A stretch of 64,000 nucleotides of DNA from an uncultured Chthonomonadaceae bacterium (lineage in GTDB: Bacteria > Armatimonadota > Chthonomonadetes > Chthonomonadales > Chthonomonadaceae), in contig CAWFQB010000001.1 in assembly GCA_963817895.1 (NCBI GenBank), positions 320,001-384,000 of the forward strand. The letters are read 5' to 3'. The position numbers and the translations under genes were made by a program. The notes beneath the pieces are model-generated. The model searched no databases, was not told the origin of the DNA, and saw only the letters and a program-made list of their open reading frames with translations. Below are positions 1-11,920 of the stretch, piece after piece; within the stretch, counting starts at the first letter, position 1; each line of letters begins with the position of its first letter.

Positions 1-842
1 GTTCCACCGATGTCTTGAATTTCAACGATGCGGCTGTTTTGGGTATCCGCAATCAGAATGGAGGCGTTGCACGTCAGCGTGAACACGGATTTGAGGGTAG
101 ACTCGGTTTCCTGGATGGTGATATTCGTCGCGCCCAACGTGGTGTTCAAAGTAACGGTCGCCATGTTGCCTGCCTGCGCGATACTGGCAATGCCCTCCGG
201 TCCACTGGTGACAGTGAATTGGCTGGTAATAATGTTGTTGTTATTTATATCCAGAGCCTGAATGTTCAGGTTGAATATGTCTTTGCGTAATCTGGTAAGC
301 GATCCACGATCCGCAATCGCGCTGTCTCCTACCACCGTCACAATAAGCTTCGCGATTGTGGAATTCATCGTCAGGGGAATCTGCAAAGGCACATTGTCAA
401 CAATCGTCAGTAACACGCTGTTGGTAGACTGTAGCGCGTTACCCTGCATCGGATCAGCCGGAAGCCGAGGGTCGGCATGATAAGCCTGAGCGGTTGCATA
501 GAATTGACCGGTCGGCAGCTCTGTGAAAGTGGACGTCGTCACATAGGGCGCCATCGCCGGACGCTGCAAATACTGCGGCGCGCCGTACACTGTGCCGCCG
601 CCATTGATGGTATCCGAAATGGTAATCACGACCCAGTTGGCGGCTTTCGGAACAAGGCGCGCGCTTTTCTGGCGATCCGGCCATTTGAGCGTGAAGACCG
701 CCGCGCCTTTGCCGCGCTTTGCCGTCTGTTTTCCGGCCTGAGTGCCGCTGCCACAGCCGATAAACGACAGCAGCAGCGAGAAAATCAGGAATACGCAGGC
801 GATTGCGCGCGCCCCTGAATTGGAGAGGAGGTTTCCTCGCAT
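1..842 (-). CDS. Lipoprotein with Ig-like domains leading into a probable NHL/beta-propeller region (partial, runs off window start)
   Basis: Manual translation from ATG 842: MRGNLLSNSGARAIACVFLIFSLLLSFIG-C (lipobox), then GAAVFTLKW...ARLVP as in the upstream paralogs, ending ILIADTQNSRIVEI (NHL-like). Absent from the ORF track because there is no stop in the window. Confidence 0.75.
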   Translation of the reverse strand, partial: MRGNLLSNSGARAIACVFLIFSLLLSFIGCGSGTQAGKQTAKRGKGAAVFTLKWPDRQKSARLVPKAANWVVITISDTINGGGTVYGAPQYLQRPAMAPYVTTSTFTELPTGQFYATAQAYHADPRLPADPMQGNALQSTNSVLLTIVDNVPLQIPLTMNSTIAKLIVTVVGDSAIADRGSLTRLRKDIFNLNIQALDINNNNIITSQFTVTSGPEGIASIAQAGNMATVTLNTTLGATNITIQETESTLKSVFTLTCNASILIADTQNSRIVEIQDIGG

Positions 843-851
843 GTCTTTCTC

Positions 852-1997
852 CTAATTAACATTGACTTGGACAGACCCGGAGTAAATCGTTACGTTCGCG
901 TTGGCGAACTGACTGGGATTGTCCTTGCTGGTGGCGCGCACCAAGTAGACGCCCAGCCCCCGGTTCACGGGCGCGGTGTAGAAGCCGGTAGCGGTAATCG
1001 AGCCACCCGAACCATCCGTTACAGGGGTGCCATCAGTTTTCGTAATGCTCCAGGTCACCTGGCCGGAGCCGTCGCCGGGTACGGTCCCGCCGGGTACGGT
1101 TGCCGTGAATTGCTGCGTGTTAAGCAACGCGCCGCCCGGCGCGGTTGCGGGACGTGGCTGCACGACCAGCGTCATAAGGGGCGGCGAAATACTTACCTGA
1201 ACGTCAACCGACACCGTAGCATTATATTTTGTACCCATTGCCGGATCCGAGTCGATCACGAGGTCTGTTGACGGACTATCCCGGTGCAGGGTCACGATGG
1301 CTTTAAGCGCGGCGGTTCCATACTGTTGCGCCGTTGCAACTCCGGTAATCGCATCCACGCGGACGACACTCGTAGACGCGGTAACAGCGTAGGTAATTGC
1401 GCCGACAGGAACCGGCACAACCGCCTCCTGCGCGTCGTATGCTGTCCCCACAACGGTAACGGTGTCGTTGGTAAGCAGTTTGGGTTTAGCGGCGTTGGGG
1501 CCGCTCAAAACCGCTTTGATATGGGTAATGGCGCTATCCGGCGAGATACTCAAACCGGCGGCATGGGCGGCGTCACTATTGCCGGCTGTGACCGTAATCA
1601 TTCCATTTGCTTCGGCCAAAACCACCGAGGCGGGAGTGACATTGGCAGCGACATCGGCATACTCTTTCACGTTCACCGGGAAACTGCCCAGCGGCAGGGT
1701 AAAGGCCGCCGTGCTGATAGAGCTGGGATTTGAGCGCGTAAGCGTGAAGGTCTGCGACGGCGAACCGTCCGTGACGGTAACGATTATGGTGTTCGTATTC
1801 GCCGGAATCAGACGTGTTACGCCCGCGCCGACATGTTTGCCCGTCCCCGTGTCAGCAGAGGGGATATAGGCCGGCCAGTTCACCGTGATGCGCGCAAACC
1901 CGGCTTTCCTGCCGTTCTGGACAGAGGCGCCGCCGCCACAGCCGGCCAGCAGCAGGACCAGCAGGGAAAGCGCGGCGAACGCATAGATTCAATTCAT
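852..1997 (-). CDS. Ig-like domain lipoprotein (paralog 2); in-frame TGA at codon 3
   Basis: SD GGAGGTG then ATG 1997: MN*IYAFAALSLLVLLLAG-CGGG, in frame with ORF 852..1883. C-terminal Ig motif VTWS...G.YTAP...ATS. Confidence 0.75.
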
Positions 1998-2130
1998 GGT
2001 ATCTTCACCTCCAAACGCGCAAACGCGCGTTTGCCTGTATATCTGAGCTCCGGAGTCTGCGCAGGAGAGGCTCCTGCGGTCAAGAATTCCGCCGCGCCTG
2101 AGAATGTGAACACATCGGCGCGGCGCGCCA

Positions 2131-3351
2131 TTAATTGTTGGTTACGGTGATTTGTCCGTAGCCGCCCTGCACGATAATCTTCGCTTTGCCTGCCGGCTGG
2201 TTCGGATCTTCCTGTGAAACGGCCTGTAAATAGTAGGTGCCGGGAGTGCGCGGCGGCGTATAGCGTTCCTGACTGGGATTTACCCCATCATTGTTGACGA
2301 CGGAAAGCGAGCCGCCGCTTGAATCAGGAGTACCATCGCTGTGTATAATCGTCCAGTTCACCCGCTGGTTGGTGGAACCGACGACGTTGGCGGTGAATAC
2401 CTGTGGCGTGTACAGGCCGACAGTGGCAGTGTCGGGCGCGATGCTGACACTGCCCTGCACGGTCACCTGCAGTGTGCTGGAGACGCGGGAGCCTTGATCC
2501 GTGACCGTAACTTTCGTTACGCCGAAGCGCCTGGGCGTGAAGGTCGCAAATCCCGTAGTGGGATCATAGTCCACGGTCGGGTCAAGCACGCCCGGAGCTG
2601 TGGAGGCCCACGCCAGGGTGTTGGGAGCCAGCGGCACAACCGCGCCGCCGGTGTCATAAGCGGTCGCCTTGTACGAAATGGGCGTATTGACCAGAAGCAG
2701 GGCATTGATATCTGTGGCAGGGTTGGCCGGCGTGATCTTGATGTTTTGGATCGTGCTGGCGAGGGTGAAGGTGAAGGGGACGCGCTGATCGGCAAATATC
2801 ACCAGAGAGTCGGATGCCGTTGCCAGCTTCGTGCCTTGCCCCTGCTTCACGGCGGTGGAACTCACGTCAAAAGCGTCTACCTGCACATTCAGCGAAATGA
2901 CCGGCAGATAGTCAATATTCTCTGTGGTGGTCGGGGTTCGGCTCGCCTGCTGATTGGGATCGGCGGGGCTGGCAGCGGGCCGGTCCGAGTAGACAATGGC
3001 CCACGTTTGCGGCGTCGAGTTGCCGGGCGCAGTGCCGGTCAGCGTAATACGCACGGACTGCGCGTTGAGCGGAATGTAGCGCGAAAGCGCGTGGACTAAT
3101 TTGGAAGGGTCATTGGGCCACACGATCTTGACTGTCACCCCCCCGGTTTTCTTGCCGGTCTGCGAGGTGGAAACGGCTGTCCCGGCAGAACCAGCGCTGC
3201 CGCTCCCGCCCCCGCACCCCGCGAGAACAAACACGCATGCCAGCGCGAACAGGCAGGCGGACGCAAGGCGCGGCGCGGCAGGTTTGGATCGGCCCGGAGG
3301 ACGCCGGAATAAACATCGCTTTATGTCGGGCAGCGTGAACACTGATTTCAT
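2131..3351 (-). CDS. Ig-like (Big_2-type) domain lipoprotein (paralog 3)
   Basis: SD GGAG before MKSVF; lipobox VLAG-C; Thr/Val-rich beta-strand repeats (WASTAPGV, VNWT...YTPP). Confidence 0.8.
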   Translation of the reverse strand: MKSVFTLPDIKRCLFRRPPGRSKPAAPRLASACLFALACVFVLAGCGGGSGSAGSAGTAVSTSQTGKKTGGVTVKIVWPNDPSKLVHALSRYIPLNAQSVRITLTGTAPGNSTPQTWAIVYSDRPAASPADPNQQASRTPTTTENIDYLPVISLNVQVDAFDVSSTAVKQGQGTKLATASDSLVIFADQRVPFTFTLASTIQNIKITPANPATDINALLLVNTPISYKATAYDTGGAVVPLAPNTLAWASTAPGVLDPTVDYDPTTGFATFTPRRFGVTKVTVTDQGSRVSSTLQVTVQGSVSIAPDTATVGLYTPQVFTANVVGSTNQRVNWTIIHSDGTPDSSGGSLSVVNNDGVNPSQERYTPPRTPGTYYLQAVSQEDPNQPAGKAKIIVQGGYGQITVTNN

Positions 3352-3421
3352 GGTTATCTCCGTGAACGGGAATGGGGAACAGGCTCTGGTTCCCCATCCG
3401 CTCGATGGCAGGCGCATACGG

Positions 3422-4754
3422 TTACTGCACGGTGATGTCGGTGCTGCCGACCTGGACTTTGAACTTGGCGGTGGCCGCCTGATGCGGGTCCGCCACGCTT
3501 GTCGCGGTTATTTTGTACGGCTTAGACTGCCGGGGGTTGTTGGGGTCCGGGTTGGGTACGCGCTGATCCGGGGTAGGCGCAGGCGCGGTATAGAGTCCGC
3601 CCGCCGTGATGTTGCCTTCGAGTGGGCCAATCGCCGAGCCATCCTGGTTCGTCAGGCTCCACGTAATCAGGCCTGTATCCGCCGCGTCGCTTGAAATCGC
3701 CGTTGGCTGAAGCCCGGTGATGATCGCGACGAACGATCTTTTACTGCCCAGCGTAAACGCTCCGGAATAGGTACCCTCGTTTACGACTTTGTCGAGTGGC
3801 ACATCTTGAATGCCCACGTTGATGCGGGTATAAGCCGTAATGGAATTGGATATATTGAAGCCCAGTTCCGTAATGGTAATTGTCGCCGCCCCTACTTTGT
3901 CGCCTGTCTTCGGATGGAGTATCGGGGAAGCGCCAATGTAGCCTGGCGTAAGTTCGCCGGTAGCCGGGTTGACGTTCACAACTGTACTGTCTGAGGTTTT
4001 CCATTGCAGCTGGCTCGGGTCCACGAATACGTTGTTGCCTTTGGCGTCCACGGGATTGGCGGTGAGTTTGAGAGTCTTGCCGGATGTCAGTTCCGGCAGG
4101 CCATCCGTAGTCGGCTGAATGTTGAAATGGTCTATCGTGCTGTTGAGGCTGATGACAATGGTGGCTGTTTTGTTGCTGGTGGAAAGCGTGACCTGCTGCT
4201 CGAAAGCGGCGGTGGCAACATCTTTGTCGAACTGTGTGCCGTCGCCGCTGGTGAGCGGTTCAGCGTAGGTGCGTACCTGCACACGGAGTTTATCCAGAGG
4301 AATTTCGGGCAGGTTTACGTTGTACTGCCCGGTCGAATTGTAATTGCCGTTGGCGGTCGAACTGTTGACGAGGTTGTCAATTTTAACAGGCTGGAAAGGA
4401 TTGGTTTTATTGGTCTCATCGTAGGGGATGGCGACATCCCAGATAGGCAGGGGAAGCTCGTTCTGGCTCGCGTCCTGGGTCAACTGTGAAATAGTGATGC
4501 GAAAGGTATGTGTGCGGGTCGGCACGGCGCGGCGTCCGTCCGGCTTTTTTGCCCGCCTCGGCATCGTTCTTGAGAACAAAGATCAGTTTGCCGCTTTGTT
4601 GGATGGGAGCCGTGTTCTGGCTGCCGCCTGTGGCGGTTGTGGCGGCAGTGGAAGCCGTGCTTCGCGCCGTGCCGTTCCCGCCACACCCCGTGAGCAACAG
4701 GACGCCGACCGGCAGCAGAGCGGCTATCAACTTGCGTTGCGCATTATAAATCAT
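3422..4754 (-). CDS. Ig-like domain lipoprotein (paralog 4), frameshift near 4550
   Basis: Signal and lipobox LLTG-C in ORF 4416..4772 join the body in ORF 3422..4579; Big_2-like WKTSDSTVVNV motif. Confidence 0.75.
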
Positions 4755-4768
4755 GGATAATCTCCCTG

Positions 4769-5966
4769 TCACGGTTGAAACGAAATGTCCAGGCTGCCCA
4801 GCGAAACTTTCACTGTCGCCACAGCGCTGATGCCCTTATCGAAAACAGAAGTGGCAATCAAATGATAAACGCCGGATTTAGCCGGGGGGATGTATTGCGC
4901 CACATTGGGATTGTTTGCATCTACGACGATCCTCCCCTGGTTGCTTTCGCGGATGCTCCAGGTGACATCGAGATTGGAGTTGTGCGCGATGGCATTCAGA
5001 GTAGTATTGAGTGGACTGGCATCCGTCGGTGGCGTCACGGTTGCGGTGAATTTGTACGCGATGTTGCTGGTCACGTCACCATTTTGCCCGAGTTGCTGTG
5101 GATCAATGACAACGTGCGTGGAAGAGTAGACTGTGATGGGCGCCGGATCGCTGGTGGTTGTTCCGACCTGTACCCGAACACTCGCCGTCCCGGATTGCAG
5201 CCCCTGTAGACTGTCCTGTGGGCTGTTGACCGTTTGATCCCTCGGCACGACCTTCAGGTAACTCGCGCCGTCGGGAATGGAGATGTTGACGCTCAGGGGG
5301 TTGACGGCCACAACAGACTGATTAGTGCCGGTTCCCAGATAGGCGACGAATTGCAAGTGGGTCGGCATGTGATCTTGCGCCTGCGCAGCGGAATCGCCGC
5401 TCTTCGGATACAGGTCTTGATCCAGCTTGACCGGCACAGACTGACCGGGCGTAACCACAATGAGGTCGGGCTGCTGCGATGTCGTCAGGTTCAAAACGCC
5501 GCCGGCCTCCGTGACGGTGACAGTGGTATCTATTTCGGCCAGCGCGTTATTGGATTTGCCAAGAAAAACGGCTTTTACGTCGCGCTTGCCAACCTTGACG
5601 AAGGTGGGAGGATAGTAGGTCTGAGGTTCGGGCGCGTTCATTGAAGTGTCGCGGGTGGCGATAAGTATGATGTCGTTGCCGTTCTGGTCCGCTTTGGACA
5701 GAGTGATTTTCGCGGATTGCGCGTCCACAGCGGCAATAACCGGGGCGGTATCCCGGTTCAGACGGAGACCAGACAGCGTGGGGGACACGCTCGCCTTTCC
5801 CTGTGACGCGTTTTGGGCCGGGGCATTGTCCGCCCACTGAATTCTGAACGCCACGGCGCGGCGTCAGTTCGCCGCTGGGAGTTCCCAGGTTGCCGGTACA
5901 GGCAGTCAACAGGCTTCCCGGCAGGGCAAGCGCTATGGCGTAAAGCCATCGAAACGGTTTGCGCAT
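4769..5966 (-). CDS. Ig-like domain lipoprotein (paralog 5, first gene of operon), frameshift near 5855
   Basis: Lipobox LLTA-C in ORF 5547..5966 continues into ORF 4769..5854; same C-terminal Ig motif as the paralogs. Confidence 0.75.
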
Positions 5967-6260
5967 TCTCTACTCCTTAGGATATTTGCGAGATACGATT
6001 GGCTGAAACGGTGAGGAGAGGCGGCAGGGGCGGCAAGCGGCAGGACGGCGCAATGTGGTAGCTTCTGCATCTCTAATCAACGGTTAGCTAACAACTTTCA
6101 ACGATTGCGCGGCGCGGCGCAATGTAGTCGGAATATACAGGATCAATCAGGTTCAAACGGCTGGCGCGAACAGGGGCATATATGTAACAGGTATTCGACG
6201 TTTACGAACGATACTCCTGCTATAAACTAAATGGAACAAACTATTTTCAAAAAATTGTAA

Positions 6261-7698
6261 CTAATTTTTCGCGCTCCTGCTTTTTTCTCCGGGCGGCTTT
6301 ACCGCAGAGGCGTTTTCCGCGTTTTCTCTTGTTTTGCGCGCGGCTTCCCTGTTTTTGATTTCGTCGCGCTCTCTTTTTCTGTGAGCCTCCACCTCTTCCA
6401 GCACAGGCAGGGTATCCAGAACTTTCGTGGGTATGACATTGCCTTCAAAGCCGGTTTTCCACGTCCAAACCGTCTCATCGCCGAGACCGGGCACTTCAGC
6501 AACGATCTTCTTCGCATCGGGCTTCAGATCGAAAAAACAGTAGATGCCTTCGCTGTTGGTAGTGGTGCGGGAATCGCCGCAGCGGACGACGATGTTCGCG
6601 GCGGGCAGGGGGCCGCGTTCCGCAGTCCGCGTCTTCGTCCCCTGCGCCTCATCCTGCTCCTTTGCCCGTTGAAAATAAAGCCGTCCCGCAAGGGAAACCG
6701 TTGCCTCGCGCTCTTTTTCCTGCATCCCCCGGGCATTTCGCTGCTCTGCATCTCGTGTCGAAACGACCTGGGTAATGTCTTTGTCAGCAGGCGCAACGAA
6801 TTTCACTTCCATCGGTTTGAGCTGATTGGCCTGACCGGGCGGGGGCGCTGTAATCTCTTCTACATGCTCTTTGTAGCGCCAGTGTCGAACATGCGCCTGA
6901 TATTTCCCGGGCGGCAGGTTGAGCAGATAGAAAAATCCCCGATAATCCGAAGTGGCCGTTTCGTCTCGTCCGTCCAGCGTGAGAACCGCGCCCGATACGG
7001 GGCGGTCTGTCGCCTTGTCTATGGCGATGCCGGCCACGCTGACGCGGAGCGTCGAGCGGTCGAGCGGGTGCTGCGGCCCGTCGGGACCGGCTCCCTGTCC
7101 GATTCCCGTTATCGCCTCCAGGACAACCGGCGTCCACTTGCTGATATAAGGATTGAACATTACCGTGGCGACCAGACTTAACGCGGGACGGGGCGCGGCG
7201 CTGAGAGCTTGCCATAGCCTGCCGGGGTCTGCCATCAGGAGGTGATCGGGCTGGGCAACCGTCAACAGCATGGCATTGGTTTTGAAAAGCTGTAGATCGC
7301 CTACCAGATATTCCGTTTCCACGTAGGGGGCGCGCATCAGGACGCCCAGCACATTGCCGAGTAGTTCGTGTTCGGCTGTGCCATTCAACCCCGTTACGGT
7401 TATCAGATAAGACAGGTCGAATCGCGCCGGGGCGCAGCGTGATCTCGATGAGCCGCTCCGAAACCTGGCTTTTGCGCTGAAAAGATTCGGCGCGCAGCAT
7501 CACGTTTTCCTGCACATGGCATAGATAGAGATTGATGCGGGGCGTATTGTCGCTGTCGGTCGCGCCGTTGTCATTTTTGGCAAGTTCGGCGGGTGACAGA
7601 AAAGTAATCTGCTCGGACTTCTGAACAGGGCAGTCGTGAATATCGCTTAACTGCGCGGACAACAATTTTCGCAGTGTTTCATCAGCATCTTTTATCAT
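6261..7698 (-). CDS. DUF4255/Pvc16-like protein fused to carboxypeptidase-regulatory-like domains, frameshift near 7430
   Basis: MIKDADETLRKLL...INLYLCHVQEN and EHELLGNVL...LWQAL...RPALSLVAT are DUF4255-like; PVSGAVLTL...TSDYRGFFYLLNLPPGKY is CarboxypepD_reg-like. Confidence 0.7.
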
Positions 7699-7973
7699 AA
7701 GCAGGTTCCATAAGGCTTGAAAGATCGCGCTATAAAAGGTATAGCACATTAACCGCCATTTTTATACATTAAATTCCACTTTTGTGACAATAATCAAATA
7801 TTTTTTTCAACGTATCCCACTTGCGACATTAAGATGGAGGTGTTGTATTGTTGTGATTACGCGCCGGGGCTATTCACAGACCCGCTCGTCAGGTAATTGT
7901 GTCCCTTATCCTGCTCGATACGATCATTTCTGTTCCTCTACCCGCTATTTTGCGCCCCGTTGTCCTCGAACGC

Positions 7974-8002
7974 TTGACAGGGGCAAGCGAGTCTAATATA
8001 AT
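7974..8002 (+). promoter_or_regulatory. Consensus sigma70 promoter
   Basis: TTGACA-17bp-TATAAT upstream of the gene at 8232. Confidence 0.65.
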
Positions 8003-8231
8003 TGTAGAGAAGGAATCACTCTCCGCGTCGGAGAATAACGTTTTTAGTTTCCAAAGTATTCCGTCCTTCCTCGCGGCTTTCCTGATGAAACGCGCGACTC
8101 GTAACTTGTTTCGCCGTTTCATCGTCAGATAGTCGCTTGTCGCAAGGCTACGCGCTCTTGCCGTAATTTCACATCAATAAGAACTTCGGGATTTCTCCAG
8201 GCTTGCTACCCTGATAGGAGACGACCAGATT

Positions 8232-9928
8232 ATGTTGCACTCTCGCTTGCGGACATCGTTCCGCATGTCCTCTTCCCGCGCCGCGAATCGGCGGACTGCT
8301 CGGCGCGTGGGCGCGGCTGTTTTGCTGCTGGCCCTGCTCGGCCCGTCCTCCCGCTTTGTTCTGCGCGCCGCGCGCGCACAGGATGCCGACCCGGTTCTCG
8401 CCAAACTCGCGCAGGGGAAACTCGACGCGCCCATGGCGGTGGAATGGAAGTTTACGGGCAATGCGTTTCCCAACAACGGCGCCGCTCCCGTTGTTTCTGA
8501 AAACACGGCATTCTTCGCGTCCGGCAGCATCGTGTACGCGGTTGACCTTGCCAGTGGCGCGCAAAAGTGGCGCTATCCCTCCGTTGGCACACTGGCCCGC
8601 GCCATTCTGTTCACGCCCGCGTACAGCGAAGGAACGCTGTTCTTGAGTACGGGCGATGGCCTGACCGCCCTGGATGCCGAAACGGGCAAACTGCGCTATC
8701 CCGGCTTTGTCGTGCCGAACGGCGCGACCACATCGCCCGTCGTTATCGGGGACGCGGTGTATTTCGGCGGCGGTAATGGGCGCATTTTCGGACTTCACGC
8801 CCAACCGGCGATCCTGTCAGCGCTGTTTATCGAAACGGCCTGTCGCTGTCAACTGACATTACGGGCAACATGACGGCGCAGAACGGCCTGCTGTATGTGA
8901 TTACCGCCAACCAGGTGCTTCACGCCGTAGACGCCCTGACGGGCAACCAGCGCTGGCAGCAGCGCGTGGAGGGCGAAACGCGCGGCGCAACGCCCATGCC
9001 CGCCGGGGACACCCTCTTTGTGTCCGCCGGCTCGGCGCTGAATGCGTACCGCAGCGGAACGGGCCAGATGCGGTGGCAGCAGCCACGCCGCGCAACATCG
9101 CCGCGCCTCCCGTCGTGGACAGTGAGGGCAGAGCCTACTATTGTCACGTCCGAACGCGCCGTATACGCGGTGGAGAGTCTGGGGAACCGTTCCCGCTACG
9201 CTTGGAAGAGTTGTGCCGCAGGTGGACAGCAATGTTATCGCGCAGCCGCTGGTGACGGAAGACCTCGTGATTGTCGCCACGCAGGGCGGCGGCGTGTGGG
9301 CGTTCGACCGGGCGACGGGCGCGACGCGCTGGAACTACCTGCTGCATCCGAGCGGCACGGAAATCATTCCGGCTCCCTCGCGAACGGGCGTGGACGCGCA
9401 CCCGGTTGCCGTCGGCGACACGCTGTACACCCTTTCGGACGACGGCACGCTGACCGCGTTCCGACACGATGCCAGCGACCAATCTCCCCCTGTTGTAACT
9501 CCCGATGACGCCGCTTCAGGGCGATTACGTCAACGGTCAGCCGCCATTTTCCATCAAGGCGCATCTGCTGGACGAAGGCTCCGGCCTGAACGTGGATACC
9601 CTGTCCATGAAGATTGACGACAACCAAATTCCACTGCAGAAACAGTTGGGTATCGGGGTCAACGGGTTCTACTATGAGAACGCCACCGGCCAGTTGCAGT
9701 ACACCATCTATCCGAACACGGCGGCGGGACGCACGACCGCTCTTGGCGACGGCCACCATACCGTGACTATCAGCGGTCAAAGACTGGATGGGCAACACCA
9801 CCATCAAAACGTGGGGCTTCACCGTTGACGATACCATTGTGCGCCGACGCCCGCCGGTACGGGTCCGGGCGGTGAGGCCGGCGGTAAAGGCGGCGGAACT
9901 CGGACCGGGTGGGCCGGGGGGCCAGTAA
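8232..9928 (+). CDS. Secreted PQQ-like beta-propeller repeat protein (BamB-like repeats) with C-terminal Ig-like domain; several frameshifts, end approximate
   Basis: Repeated YAVDLASGAQKW / ALDAETGKLR / AFDRATGATRW motifs across ORFs 8232, 8870, 9141 and 9505; signal peptide. Confidence 0.75.
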
Positions 9929-10066
9929 TGGACTAGTTGCCAAATGGCCCTCCTAACCCCTGACCCCTTCTCCCAACAGGTATTTCGGAGAAGGCGGAAC
10001 TACGAATGTCGGGGATAGGGTTACCGTTGGGAAGATTCGCTGCCCTGTTTTCGGTAACTGGCCGCT

Positions 10067-11363
10067 ATGCCTGATACCTCGACCACGTTCACATCCCCAT
10101 CCGCTTCGCGCGCCCGGTGTCCACACCGGGCGCGCTTCCGATCCTGCCTGACGCCGAACTGCTGCGCGCGTGGCTGCATCTGGCGAATGTGCAGCTCAGT
10201 CCCGCGTGTTGCAGCCCTGCTGCTGGCCTATTTCGACAACGACCCCCGCGCCATTCTCGCCGCCTCGGAGAGGAACTGGAACAGGCGGGCTGCCCGCCGC
10301 CGCCCCTCGCCCGCCTGCGCGACCCGCTGTATCAGCCGACGCCGGAACAGGAACGCTGGCTGGAACGCCCCGACATTCGCCTGCTGTGGCAGTCGCACCC
10401 GGAGTATCCCCGCGCTCTGCAAGATATTCCTACGCCGCCGCCCATTCTGTTTGTTCGGGGCGAACTGCGCGAAACGGATAGGTTGGGCGTGGGCATCGTA
10501 GGTTCGCGCCGCGCCACGCCTTATGGCCGGACGATAGCGCACAAACTGGCGCGTGAACTGGTGGGGCATGGGCTGACGATTATCAGCGGGGGCGCGGTGG
10601 GCATTGACGCCGCCGCGCATCAGGGGGCATTGGACGGGGGCGGGCGTACCATTGCCATCGTCGGGTGCGGGTTGGACGTGGATTATCCGCAGGCTAATCG
10701 CGCCATGTTCGACAAAATCGCGTCACAGGGCGCAATTATTATCTGAATATCCGTTCGGTTCTCAGCCGGAGGCGTGGCGTTTCCCGCAACGCAATCGGGT
10801 GATCAGCGGCATGGCGCAGGGCGTCCTCGTGGTGGAAGCGCCTGAATCCAGCGGCGCGTTGAACACGGTTCGCCACGCGCTGGAACAGGGGCGTCCCGTT
10901 CTGTCCGTGCCGGGCAACATTGACCGTCCGGCATCCGTCGGCACGAACAATCTGATAAAAGAGGGCGCGACGCCGATCACGGAAACCGGGGATATTTTGC
11001 GCGCCCTGAACATGGTCGTGGTTCCCGCCCGCGCGGAACATCAGCGCATGTTCGATCTCGCCCCCTCCTCGTCCGACTCGCCGGAAATCGCAACAGCGAA
11101 CAATACCATTTCTGACAGGCAAACGCGCGTCCTCTGCTTCCGGCGCTTCGATTGCGCAATCGTCTGCCGCATCCGCGCCGCCGCACTTATCAGCCCCGCA
11201 ACGCGCCCTGCTGACGTGCCTGTCGCTCACGCCCCGCCACATTGACGCCGTAGCGCAGGAAGCGGGCCTTCCCACCGTGCAGGCGGGCGTGGAAATGACC
11301 CTGATGGAACTCAACGGCCTCGTCCGCCGCCTCCCCGGCAACACCTACATACGCGCTCTCTAA
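10067..11363 (+). CDS. dprA: DNA-processing protein DprA, frameshifted
   Basis: YPRALQDIPTPPPILFVRG, IVGSRRATPYG, ISGGAVGID, FPQRNRVISG, VVEAPESSGAL, VPGNID; C-terminal winged helix (LMELNGLVRRLPG). Confidence 0.9.
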
Positions 11364-11433
11364 CTCTTTTCTATTAAATCAGGTGAAGTTGCTGAACATT
11401 CATCGTTGCGCCTGCATACAATAACGCATGCAA

Positions 11434-11679
11434 TCAGGTGATGTCGACAAGTCGTTGCGCTTCTAAATCCGCCCGCATCGGCGGCATGTCGCGATCCGCA
11501 TGAGCGAAGGCGCGGGCGGCTTCCAGATTGGCGCGAATCTCGCGTAATGGCCCCGCCGCCAGTGTCGGAAACACGCCGCCGTTCTGCTCGGCTTCGTGAC
11601 AGTGCGTCCCCTCCAGCGTATCGGCCCACTTCGTGATGTAATCCAGTGTTACGGCTAGTTGCGCGTCGTTCTCTATCAT
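11434..11679 (-). CDS. Small hypothetical protein (81 aa)
   Basis: Strong SD GGAGG before ATG; helical, protein-like composition. Confidence 0.55.
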   Translation of the reverse strand: MIENDAQLAVTLDYITKWADTLEGTHCHEAEQNGGVFPTLAAGPLREIRANLEAARAFAHADRDMPPMRADLEAQRLVDIT

Positions 11680-11727
11680 AGTTCTACCTCCAGAACCCCT
11701 TTTTTCACATTCGTAAATTTGATGTGG

Positions 11728-11920
11728 TCAAACTATCCATCGGGAAGAATTGTGGATACGCTGTGACCATGCGTTCGGGAAAGGCTTATCTTCTGTCTCA
11801 ACGGAGAAGCAGACATACCATTTAGCATCCTGACGCCTGACGGCACACCTATTGATAGCGCCCTCAACAGGCTGGCGCAAGACGACTTTAATGTGTCCTT
11901 TCCACATTCGCAAAATAGTT
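11728..11920 (-). pseudogene. tnpB: IS200/IS605 TnpB fragment
   Basis: GHIKVVLRQPVEGAINRCAVRRQDAKWYVCFSVE matches the TnpB wedge region; no RuvC domain or flanking transposase. Confidence 0.65.
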
